Shown here piece by piece: positions 24,931-37,464 of a stretch of DNA of 57,312 nucleotides. The translations under genes and the position numbers were made by a program. Source of the DNA: Ministeria vibrans ATCC 50519 (Eukaryota > Protista > Filasterea); contig CALSCP010000642.1 in NCBI GenBank assembly GCA_943704425.1, forward strand, positions 48,238-105,549, read 5' to 3'. Below the pieces are notes generated by a model that saw nothing but the letters and a program-made list of their open reading frames with translations, searched no databases and was not told the origin of the DNA. Numbering within the stretch: the first letter of the stretch is position 1; the number at the start of each line of letters is the position of its first letter.

Positions 24931-27900
24931 TAATAATAATAACAATAACAATGATAATAATAACAACAATAATAATAACAATAATCATAATAACAATAAT
25001 AAAAACAACAACAATAGTTATAATACTTATCATATTTTTAATATTTTAATGATTATTGCTTTTTAAAAATTAATACTGTTATGTTTTTAGACAACTTTAT
25101 GGGCTTTGGTGGCGTGACTGACTCCACATACGTCTACGTGGTTGTTCACCAGCCCACACTGTCTGGGAGTGTGCGACAGGTGCTGCGCTATGGCGGTGGA
25201 GTTGATGAGCAAGTGTTTGCTGCCAAGTCCTCGGTACAGCACGCGAGCGTTTTCGCTGTGGGCAGCTCATCGTCGCCGACAGTCGACTCGCACACCAATC
25301 AAGGTGGCATGGACGCCATGCTCTTGCGGATGTCCGACAGTGGAACCAATGTGTCAATGACGGGCGCGGTCTTTGTGGGCGGTCCTTCCGACGAACAGTT
25401 TAATGGGGTGTCAGTGAGTGACGCTTACGACATTGTCTGGGCCGTGGGCACCACTTCCGGTGATATACCGATGTACATGCAAGTCATGGCAAACTCCATC
25501 AGCGCCATGCTTGTTGTGCGCTACAAAGCCAGTGATATGTCCGTCGGCTTTGTTCGTATCGTCGAACTGGATAGTAACAGGTTCACCGAGCGGGGCCTTG
25601 CCATCGCTGCCGACATGACCCTTAACCGTGTATATGTGACCGGCGAGCGTTATAATAGTGGCGAGGTTGATTACATTCTGGCCGTTTTGGATGCTACCAC
25701 CGGTAACCTTGTGGACTTTACCGAGGCCCACTCAGCCCTTGATACGTCGTACACTGGTGTCTACGTGGACACCAACACACATTCGGTGTTTACCACAGGT
25801 CGTCAAGACACCTCTTCGCAGACGTATGCTTTATTTGAAGTGCACTGTGGCGTTGACGACTTCCGCTACAGCATGTGTGAGTGTCCCATAAACTCGTATG
25901 GCGATGGGTGCGCCACGAGTTTGTGCGCCAACCCGAATGTCTTTGGTGCCAACTGCAACCAGTCTCTGTGCGATTCCGATCCCTGTATCAACGGTGGCAC
26001 CTGCATCAGCGAGTCGCTTGTGTCATTTGTGTGCGCATGCAAGACAAACTATGGCGGCTCGCAATGTCAGCTTTCGTGCGATGTGTGCGGCACCAACTCG
26101 ACAGGTTGTGCCTTCACTGACGATGGCCAGGTCGTGTGCATCTGTGATCCGGGGCACACAGGCGACCGTTGTCAAGACAGTGCATGTTCCAGCGACTGTG
26201 GTACCTTGGGTGTTTGCTCAAGCTATCGCTCCTGCAGCTTGGCCAGCAGCAAGATCATTTGGGGTTTGGGAAAAACGCTGAACTCGGGCGATCGCTACTT
26301 CTCGTACTTGGCTCCGACCAGTCTGGCCGAGACAAACGAAATCTTTGTTGTCAACTCACTCGGTGCTGATGTCATGTGGAATGGCATTTTAATATCAGAG
26401 CCCAACGCGTTCTTCTTCTATGTGAACACGCAGACGGGCGTTGCCGCCAACGTGAGCGAGTCCTTGATGCCGTCCCAAGTGCCCCATTCTGCCATCGGCG
26501 TTGCCGTGCGCCACCACCTTTCCACCACCAATCAGTATGTTCTTACGACGACCATCTTTGGGAAAAACTACGGCAATGTCGCTCTTGTGGATACCGTCAC
26601 TCGACAAGTCTCCGTCAGTGCGAACATGTACGCTATAGTTTTTTTTGTGTGTGTGTCTCTCTCTCACACGCAAGCGAATCTTCCTCTCCTTCCCTCTCGC
26701 CTTCTCTTTTTAGTTCAACGTCTTCTGGCCTCGTTGTGACTTCTATCACGTACTCTTCCACAGCCGATTTGGTCGCTGTCAGTCTGTTCTCGCAGGGTAA
26801 GAATCCACATACGATTGGATTTTTTTTGTTCAATCCACTCTCGGGCGGCTTTACATCGTTTTTTTTTTTGACTTTTTTCTTTTCTTCCTTTTCTTGTTTG
26901 TAGCGTCTCAGTTTTTGACACACACTAACGCAGGCACTGTACATGACAGCTACGTTTTGTTCTTGGATCCGCTGAATCTTTCTGTGGTCAGATCAGCGCA
27001 AATTGCGTCCGACTCGGATCACAACGATTGGATCAGGAAAATTGATTCCTCTCCCGAGTTTGTATACGTCGCAGTCGAGACCCAAGGCGACTTGGGTGGA
27101 CCGCTGTCGCTGGGGCGAATTGTTGCCCTTAAAATGGACCCCACGACGGCCACCGTGATCAGTTCGACCAAGTTTGGGACGGACACGTCCGACGTGCATG
27201 CTATGGTAGTCGATGCAACTCGTGATCGTCTCTTTATTGGCGGAAAATCGGGCACCGACATGCCCGAGTGGGGCTTTTACAAGGGGGCCCGCTCTCACTT
27301 TGATTTTGTGGCTATTCTGACGCTGGATGTTGAACTCCTGAAGATAGTCAGTGTCGCCGATGCAGCCGAACCCGCGTCTCAAGTGAACGCCTTTGTTGTC
27401 GACTCGGTGCTCCACACCCTTTACGTCGCTCTCCAGTACTACATCTCATCGACTGAAGCTGCCTCCAAGGTGTTTCAGCTGAGTACCATTACTGGTGAGA
27501 CTCAGAGCGTCGTGTCGCACGTTGATTACGACGAGCCCTACCGCGTCAACTCTATGTTGGTTGATCCCGTGCGTCACTCCGTCATCGAGCTTGGTCTCTA
27601 CGGTGCCTATCGTGAAGAAGACTTCCTCGTCTGGTCCACATGTTTAGCGGCCAACGTCACCTACATTGCGGCCACGTGCCAGTGTCCACTCATTGTCAAC
27701 GGGACCTCGTGCGACAATGCCAACTGCGACTCGAGTCCGTGCATGAACGGTGGCAGTTGTACGATTACTCCACTTGCCTACGATTGTACTTGTCCCGTCG
27801 ACTACGTTGGCAACCAATGCGAAAGCACTCCGTGCGATCCAAACCCGTGTGGTGCCAACTCGACCGCCTGTACAATTGTTGGTGATTCGTTTGTGTGCAC

Positions 27901-30900
27901 CTGTGACGAAGCACACACAGGTCGTGTGTGCCAGCACTATGCGTGCGATTCTGACTGCGGCTCTCTTGGCACGTGCACGCGTTTCTATGCGTGTAACGCA
28001 TCCATAACGGAGGCCATTGCGACGATGAACACATCGGGCATTGGGTTTCGCCGGGAGGCTCTGATCACGCGCTCTAACAGCGACAATTATGCGTTCATTG
28101 CGACTTCAGTTGATGCCGGTATAAGTTGGCTTGGCATCACGAATGGTCCTGCCGCGACCTATTACGGGTTTATCGGTCTCTCCACGCAATGGGCAAATTT
28201 CTACTTGCCGCCAGTGAGTAGCAGTGTTGACCACAGCTGCAAAGGCGTTGCCTACCGTTCGGTTGCAACTCCTTACAACTATGCGCTTCTCATGTTCAAT
28301 GATGGGGGCGTTTATTCTGGGAAAATTGCTGTGTTTGACGCGACGACGAAACAGTATGCGTTTGAGGTCGACTTGTAAGTACTACATGTTGTGTTTATTC
28401 TTATTAACAATAATATAAGTATAATAATTTTATTATTATTATTATTATTATTTTTATTTTGCTACTATTGTAATTATTATTGTCATTATGATAATACTTA
28501 ATAAATTTACTTTATTCTCCTATTTTGTTTTCTCTTGCCTAACATAGCTATCCGAGCACCGAGTGCAATTTTTTTCCCGCCTCTATCGACTATTCTGCTA
28601 CGCAAGATTTGCTTGTGTTTGTGGTTCAATCCAATGGTATCAAAAAGAAAACGTTTTTTTTTTCCCTCTCACTAACTCTTTTACTTTCTTTTCTTTGACA
28701 GACGTAAATTACGCTCCGCACTCCAACCCCGAGGGCAACAACGACGTATACGTGCTCTTCTTGAACCCAATTTCGCTTGCCGTGAGCCATTCCGTGCAAC
28801 TTCGGTCGCTGTCGGGCGGTGACGAGTTTGCGGGCAAGTCGAGCTGTGACGCGACAAGTGACTTTGTCTTTGTCGCCGGACTGACGACAGGCGACTTTGG
28901 CGGTCCTATTCCCGCCTCAGGCGTTGATATTTACATTGTGAAGATCAACCCTCTAAACGCAGCGCCACTCGCATATGGCCGTGCAGGCTCGGTGTCCTCC
29001 CCTGATCAGGTCTACGATGTTGCTGTGGACGCGCCCACGGAGCATGTCTACGTGAGCGGCGCCACCTATGGCGATATTCCTGAGTTTGGTGTTAGGGCAA
29101 CTCCCACGACGAGCACCAACATTCTCATTGTGTTCAACTTGGACTTGCACCTTTTGAATATTCTATCGGTGGCCGGCGACGACGTTTCATACATCATCTC
29201 GCTAGCACTTGACAGTGCGCTGCACACACTCTATGCGAGTGTTGTCAACACGAATCTTGTAAGCCCCAATGCTCTCTACACGACTGTGCACCAGTTTAGC
29301 ACGATCAGTGGGGAGCACATTTCTTTTTCTACGCCGTTGGAGAGCAGTCCCAATACCATTGAGGCGCTCATGGTGGACGCGACGCGTCAGTCTCTTGTCC
29401 AGCTTGCCACCGTGGGACCGTACAACGAAGAAAATTTTATCGTGAGCACTAGTTGCACGACAGCGAGTCTCGTTGACGTCCCGGCCACCTGTCAATGTCC
29501 CATGATCTACAATGCGACGTCATGTGAACCTTTTACCGAGTGCGACTCCAATCCATGTGTCAATGGTGGCACTTGTGCGGCTACGCCTGGGTTCTTAAAG
29601 TGCACCTGTCCGTCGCACTTCATGGGTACATACTGTGAGGATACGCCTTGTGACCCCAACCCATGCGGTGCAAACTCGACGGCATGTACGATTGTCTCTA
29701 CAACATTTGAGTGTACATGTGACGCAGCACACACGGGTCCTGTGTGTGAGCACTATGCGTGCGATTCCGACTGTGGCACCCTGGGCATTTGCACCGATTT
29801 TTTTTCGTGTGATGCTTCGCTGGACGGCACCGCACTCACCTATTCGCTCACAGGCTCGGGCTCGCGTCTCACTGGTCTCCTTTCGCGCACCACTGGTGAA
29901 GACTGGGTGCTACAGATGGTCTATGTGCCCTCGGGAGTCTCGTTTGCCTCCAGCACGTACGCTTATTCGACGGTGTACGTCTACCAGGTGAATTACAAGT
30001 ATGGCATTTACCAGAGCGATGAACAGCCGTTGGTATTGTCGTCGAGCATTCCGGCCGACGTGGCGTACTGTGAGCCAACCGGGTACAACTACGTGTTGGT
30101 GCAAGATTTGAGCGGAGTTTGGTCGGGACACATTGTGACCCACGATGAAACGCAGCAGCGAGACACGACGACCCAATTGTACGGAAAAATTTCCTAATAT
30201 TTTATTATTATTATAATATTAAAATATTATATTTCATACACCATTTTTTTTGTAGCTCTGCTGGGGTCTCCCACAATCTTCATGTGTTTTCCCTTGCCTA
30301 CTCAGCAGTTGCCAATGCACTTGTGATGGTCGTTGGAACGAAAGGTACGAATGATTTAATTTTAATTTTTAATTGATTTAAAATTTCTCTCTCTCTCGTT
30401 AGATCCGGCCTACTTGACACACATCAATACAGGTGGCTCGTTGGACATGTACGCGGTGTTTTTGAACAAGACAGATCTTTCAGTGCTCTATTCGACGCAA
30501 ATAGCGTCGGAATCGGACAACGACGAGGTGGGAATGTTCTCGAGTTGTGACGCCTCGACAGCCTTTGTTTACCTTGTGGGTGCAACCAGTGGCAATCTGG
30601 GTGGTCCGGTAATGGGCGCGAACGTGGATTTGTTTGTGGCCAAACTTGATGCGGTGACGGGCGCAATGACTGCCGTGACCAAGTTGGTTGTTTCAACTAC
30701 CTTGGACGACGTTTGCAACGATCTTGTCGTTGACGCTGCTACGGGTCACGTTTTTGTGGGCGGCTACATCCATGGTGATATGCCAGAGTTTGGCATTATT
30801 GCATCTATGGCACACTCTACTAGCATTGTGGCGGTGTTCGATGTGGACCTGTACTTGTTGCGCGTGATATCGCTTGGGGCAGGCGATGCGACGCGCGTGC

Positions 30901-33900
30901 AGTCGTTTGCGCTCGACAGTGCCATGCATTTGCTGTATGTGGGTGTGCTGAATCGCTATGACTTGTTGCCTGACGTAGCCATTTCGTCGCTGCACCACGT
31001 GAGCACCATCAGTGGCGAGGTAGTCTCCAATGCGACCTACTTTGAGGACGATTCTGGTGGCCAATCTTACATCATTGGTCCAATGGTGATTGATCCGGTG
31101 TCGCGTACGCTTATCCAGGCGGGTCTTTACGGACCGCACACTGAAGAATGGGTGGTGTTGCGCAAGACGTGCTCGTTTGTGAGTCGTACTGACACACCGG
31201 CCTCGTGTCAGTGTCCCATGATTTACAACGGGACGTCATGCTACGCCTACAGCGAGTGTGACTCGAGCCCGTGCATGAATGGCGGCACATGCAGTGCCAT
31301 TCCAGGCTCTTTCACGTGTTCATGTCCCTCTACTTTCGTCGGCACTCATTGTGAATTCTCCGCGTGCAGTTCTGGCTGTGGTACAGACGGCATTTGCACA
31401 GCATTTTTTTCGTGCAACAGTTCGCAGACCACGACGGGATACTCCCTACCGCTCTCCGGCGTCTTTCCTCGCCTCCCGACCCTGGTTTCTCCGAGTTCCC
31501 TTGAGTTGACAGTGCTTCAGTTTTTTCATGTGCCTGCCGGAACCCCGTTTGCTCAGACGACACTGAGCATTCCCACAGTGTACTTTTTCTCCGTGGACGT
31601 CATGAGCGGCATTGCGGCATCCGATTTTCTGCCCTTGGTGTCCGCTGCGACCAGGGCAGCGGATGTTGCCTTTGTCGAGCCAACGAATTTCACCTATGTG
31701 CTTTTACAAGGTGTTGCGGCGCCTGACCGGACCGGATATGTTGTGATCTTCGACGAGTCAAGCGAAAAACAGTCGTTTTCTCAATTGACTGCCTCCTCGA
31801 GTGGAGCAAACCTTGCAATGTACTCCATTGTGTACTCGGCTGCTGCCGATGCTCTCGTGGTGATTCTCAGCACCGAGGACCCTGCCTACTTGACGCACAC
31901 CAATGCTGCGGGCTCCGATGACATGTATGCGGTGTTTCTCAACAAGACGGATTTGTCGGTGATGTACTCGACACAGATTGCATCCGACTCCAACGGAAAC
32001 GAGACGGGATTCTTCTCGACCTGCGATGCATCGTCAAACTTTGTGTATTTTGTTGGGTTGTCCGATGGTGATCTGGGTAGTCCCGTGTCCACGTCAGGCA
32101 GCGATCTGTTCGTGACCAAACTTGATGCAGAGACGGGTTCACTGGTGACCCTCACCAAGTTTAGTACTCCTGGTGGAAAGGACGCTTGTTACGACGTGGT
32201 CGTTGACACAGCCAGCGGACATGTCTTTGTGGGCGGCTCCACGAACGGAAATATCCCCGAGTTTGGCATCGTGGCGTCGGCGATGGCGAACACTGACATT
32301 CTCCTTGTGTTCAATCTTGATTTGCATATGCTTCGGGTTCTGTCGATGGGCACGGGTGATGTTTCGCATGTTCGAGCGCTCGCCCTTGACAGTGCGCTGC
32401 ACCTGCTCTACGTGGGTGTTTTGAACGTCAACTTGGCAAACACCGAACATCCTTTCACGTCGTTGCACCATGTCAGTACCATCAGTGGCGAGGTCATGTT
32501 CAATGTGACCTACTTTGAGGACAGCCCCAACGGCAATTCGTATTCCGTTGATCACATGATCATTGATCCGGTGTCGCGCACGCTCATTGAAGCGGGTCTG
32601 TTTGGCCCAATGAATGAAGAAGCGGTGGTGACGCGCAAGACCTGTGCGCCTGAGAGTCGTATGGATTTGCCCGCTTCGTGTCAGTGTCCCATGATCTACA
32701 ACGGGACGTCGTGCGAGCTCACGAGCGAGTGTGACTCGAGTCCGTGCATGAATGGTGGCACTTGTAGTTCCACGCCAACTTCCTTCTTGTGCGCCTGTCC
32801 GAATGGCTTTGTGGGCACACAATGCGAGCTATTTGCATGTCACTCCGCGTGCGGCACGCTGGGCACGTGTACCGACTTTTACTCGTGTAACGCATCACTG
32901 GCGTTGACTGCACACACGACTGTACTGACCGGTTCGGCCGCTCGTCATCCTGGTGCTATCTCTCCGGCATCCAGCGCAATGTGGGCTTTCCAATTGCTCT
33001 ATGTGCCTGCTGGAATCACTGCGTACCAGAATACGTATGGCTTCTCGACGGTCTACTTTCAGCGAGTGTCGCTCGCATTTGGTATTTCCTCCACCGACGG
33101 CGCGCCTATCGTGTCATCGTTGAGTACGCCTGTGGACCTGGCCTACTGCGAGCCAACCGGCTACAACTACGTGCTTGTACAAGAGGAAAGCTCCCCCATG
33201 TCGGGCTACATTGGAATTTTTGATGAAACTTCCGAGCGAGTTCAAGTGACTCAAATGTAAGAGAGTTATTGTAATAATAATTTAATTAACTTCTATTGTT
33301 TCTTAGGGCCTCTTCATCTGGGCTATTGGATTTTCGAGTGTATTCCCTTGCGTACTCAGCTGCCGCCGATGCTCTTGTGATGTTTGCATCGACGAAGGGT
33401 AATTTTAACACCACAATTTATTATACTTATTATTAATTTTATCGTTATCATTCTTTTGATTTTTTTTATCTGTGCAGACTCTGGGTACTTGACGCACACG
33501 AATCCGGGCGGTTCGGCGGATTTGTATGCTGTGTTTCTCAACAAAACGGACCTTTCTGTGCTCTATTCGACGCAGATTGGGTCCGATTCGGGCGACGAGG
33601 AGTCAGGATTTGTTTCGACGAGCGACGCCTCGACAGCCTTTGTGTACTTTGTGGGGTTGACAAAGGGCGATTTGGGCGGACCGGCAACTGCCACTGACGA
33701 TCTACTTATGATCAAACTAGATGCCAAGACGGGCGCACTCTTTGCCGTGAGCAAGGTTGGGACGCCAGGTATGCCTGCCTTCTGCTCAGACGTGGTCGTT
33801 GACGCTGCGACGGAACGTCTTTTTGTGGGTGGCTATGCATTGGCGGACATGCCTGAGTTTGGCATTGTTGCCTCGTTGAGCAGTCCAACGGGCTTTGTGG

Positions 33901-36900
33901 CGGTGTTCGACTTGGATTTGCATGTCTTGAGGGCGTTTTCAATGGGAACGGGGGATGAGACGCGTGTGCAATCGTTTGCACTCGACAGTGCTCTGCACCT
34001 TCTCTATGTGGGTGTGCTCAACAAGAACGATGTGACGCCGTACGACGCTTTCTCGTCGCTGTACCACCTGAGCACCATTAGTGGCGAGGTTGTATTTAAC
34101 TCGACCTACTTTGAGGACAGTCCTGGAGGTGATTCGTTTTCGATTGGTCCGATGATGATTGATCCACAGACTCGCACCCTTGTGCAAGCGGGTCTGTTTG
34201 GGGCAATCGGCGAGGAAGCGGTGGTGTTGCGGACGACGTGCGCTCCCGAGAGTCGCACGAACCTGGTTGCATCGTGCCAGTGTCCCATGATCTACAACGG
34301 GACTTCGTGCGAGCCGTACAACGAGTGCGAGTCGAATCCATGTATGAATGATGGAAAGTGCAGTGCCATCCCGGGCTCCTTCTCGTGCGCCTGTTCCATT
34401 TTGTTCACCGGCACAACCTGTGACGTGTTGCTCTCAAGCAGCACTGTTGTGTTCAATCTGCCCCCCAACAGTGGAGAGAAGATGGGTGCACTTGTGGGTG
34501 CCGTGGCGAACCTGACGAAGATCAACAATGAGACACTGAGTGTGTTTGTGTCGGCGTTTAACAATGCGTCCTCGACGACCACGAGCGCAAACGAGACTCT
34601 CACGCCCTCGGTGATCAGCAATCTCATTGGGCTGCTCGGGAAAGTTGTGGATGATCTTTCGGATCTCAGTGAAACGGACAATGTCACCTTGGTGGGACTG
34701 GTCGATGTGTTTGAAACGCTGAACAAGGCTCCGCGACTCGAAGAGGTTCTGGACAGTGTCGATGCGCCCGAAACACCCGCGCTTCTGCTTGAGTCTGTGG
34801 CCAAAGCGACCATTCCTGATCCGACAATGTCGTCACAGTCCTGTGGCCAAGTGCGTTTGGTGCGCTCGACGAGCGGCCAAGTCTCGATTGGAGCTCTCTC
34901 GGTAGACGGTGGCAATGTAAATTCGCTGTCGAGCTTCTCCTTGCCCAACGGTACGGCTTTTAGCGTCTCGCCCGAGACGTCGAATGCGGTCTTTTCTGGC
35001 ACAAATTGCACAAGACTTGTGATCAACACGCTCACCGCTGGCGACGCGTTCTTTCAGCCGTCGACACGCAGTGTCCGCAGTGTCATTGCCACCGTCACCT
35101 TTGTCGATGTGTCGCTGCCCAATCCACTTCCCAACGAGGGCACTGTCAGTGTGACGCTCGCCGTCGATCGTCTGCTGTCCGACAGCGAACTACCCCTGTG
35201 TGTGGCGTGGAATCTAACGTCGCGTGTATGGCAGCAGGACGGTTGCAGCGTGACGTCGTACACGGGCACACACGTTACATGCGAGTGCTCTCACATGACC
35301 AACTTTGCTGTGATTTTCGATCCGGACCGCTCGAGTTCGAGCGAAGCGGCGCTCATTGTTGTGTCGTATGTGGGCGTGGCGCTTGCCATTATTGGAAGTG
35401 CCTCGGTGATTGTGGTGTATTTGGTGTTGCGCAAGTTGCGCACCCGTCCTCTTATTCTCATCATGTTGTGTTGCGCTGGCATTCTTGCCACCGAAGTCAT
35501 GTTTGTTGTGGACGCGGTGGCCTCCGCGGCCGCCTATGCCTCTGCAGGCGGCTGCTTTGCTCTCGGCCTTGTGCTGCACTTTACTCTGCTGATGCAATTT
35601 ATTGCGTTGCTCTCGGTGGGCGCCGGCTTCCACTACCTGTTGCACGACGCCAAGCATTTGAGCACGCCGCTGCTTCGTCGTCTCTTCCTTGCCGTGTTTC
35701 TTGTGCCTATGCTCATCATTGCCGTCTATCTTATTGTGTATGCGGCAGTGCCGTCGCTTTCGGTACTTGATGCGTACACCAATGTGTACGGGTCGAGTTC
35801 CACGACAACTTTTTGCTTTGTCCCCTCGGGCGTGTCCATGTGGGTAGTTGTGGTGGCACCTGTCGTCATTGTGCTCCTCGTCAATGTGGTGCTGTACATC
35901 CGAATTACGCTGTCGTTGCGACGCCAACAGAAGTTGATGCCGGCCAAGGCGCGTGACAATCGCAGCATGGTGTTTGTGTCGCTGGCGATGCTGCTGGGAC
36001 TCACCTGGCTTATGGCGTTCCTTGTCATTGCAGTGCGCTCCACCATTGTCCAGTACCTCTTTGTGGTTTCCAATGGCACGCTGGGCGTCTTTCTTTTTGT
36101 CAAATACGTTGCACTTGCCAAGGTGCGTTCGGGCTTTTCCGAGCTGTACTCTACATGGCGCGCACGCCGTGCCAATGTATCGGCACACAACGTTTCTCGG
36201 CAGATAGCCAAGACGAGTGGCACGGGTCGCACAGGGTCCACCTCAGCAACGGGGAGTCTTCCAGGTCGTTCGGGCAGCACGACGCGCACAGGGACGTTGG
36301 TAAGCCAGACAAACTCGGGCGGTCTCAACCGCAAGATCTCAAGTGGTCAACAAGACGTGTCGTTGGTGAGTGGGGGAGGCGCGAGCGACAGCAACAGTGT
36401 TCAGCACAGCTCCATGTCCTTCTCCAAGCTGCGTCTCAAGCGACGCACAAGCTCGTCCACCACGTCACCCCTGGCCGCTCACATGATACAATCGGACGCC
36501 ATGAACAGCATCGGCGGTGCGGAGCTGATGTTCGGCGAAGGGTCCACGATTATCTCGGACGAGAGCAACGTGAGTCTGTCGGGTGCCATGAAGCGCTGGT
36601 TCTCCCGCGGCGCTCGTGCTCTTATGCCCTCCTACTCCAATTCGTCGGGTGCGTCCGAGTGGCTTGCCGCCGAAGAGTCAATAGAACTCAGCAATGACGT
36701 TGCTCCGATGGAAGGTTCCCGTCGAAGGTAAAGTGTTTTGTATTATAATATTATTATTATTTTAAAAATAAATGTAATAAAATTTATTCTTTTCTTTTTG
36801 CGTGCGTAGACTGGTAGAAGACACAGACTCACCCAACGGATCACCTTTGCCGTCGCAGCGGCGGCGGGCGTCTGCGGCAACGACCAAACTGGATTACGCC

Positions 36901-37041
36901 GAGTCTGGCGGCCAATTCTCTTTTGACGACACGACGGGCGACAGCGGTCTTGCGTCCTTCCAGTTCCCGTCGCCTGCGGTCCTTATCCGCGGTCGTCGCG
37001 TCAGCGGTGCGTACACGCTACCCCCTGAGAATTGCATCTGA
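22799..37041 (+). CDS. Adhesion GPCR (~4,319 aa): signal peptide, seven beta-propeller-like modules linked by EGF repeats, GAIN/GPS, 7TM, Ser-rich tail
   Basis: Exons 22799-22844, 23052-23454, 23525-24861, 25091-26627, 26714-26796, 26904-28374, 28548-28636, 28702-30178, 30256-30344, 30403-33256, 33307-33398, 33478-36727, 36810-37041. All introns are GT-AG and the exons sum to 12,960 nt, in frame. Signal peptide MLRLLLLAVLLTALQ. Canonical GPS CVAWN...WQQDGC...CECSHMTNFAVIF at ~35197-35318, then seven hydrophobic segments with family-B-like motifs (LLGLTW; QYLFVVSNGTLGVFLF). Confidence 0.9.
24884..25015. repeat. Degenerate (AAT/AAC)n microsatellite in adhesion GPCR intron 3
   Basis: Lies between the donor at 24862 and the acceptor at 25090. 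Confidence 0.9.
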
Positions 37042-37464
37042 TTTATAATTATGATATGTGTGTTGTATAACATAAGTTTTATATTAAAATAATAATATTA
37101 TTATTTAATTTTTCAATTAATACTTTGTACTCGATTATAATGAACTTGCACAACTTCAGTGAGCTACTTCAAGGTAAATTATATTCGCTCTGAAGGAAAT
37201 AAGAGAAAATTCAATTCACTTCAAATACATTCATTATTAATTTGCAGCACTTTCATCTTAATCTTTTGAGTTTTGAGTTTTGGGGGTTAGTCTATCACTC
37301 ACTCACCTGTCTATGTCTCTGTGGCGCAAGCATTGTATTCTTTATTATATATGAGACAGTATCTTCATTCATGTTTATCTCCTTTTCAAATTTTCAATTT
37401 CAATTTTTTCTCTCTCCTATCCACCTCAGAGCTTCGCTACCCATCTACTGGACTGCACTATACC

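Noticed and set aside
24862-25049. Poly-Ile 'transmembrane' tail of ORF 23331..25049
   Set aside because: Read-through into an (AAT)n intron bounded by GT at 24862 and AG at 25090.
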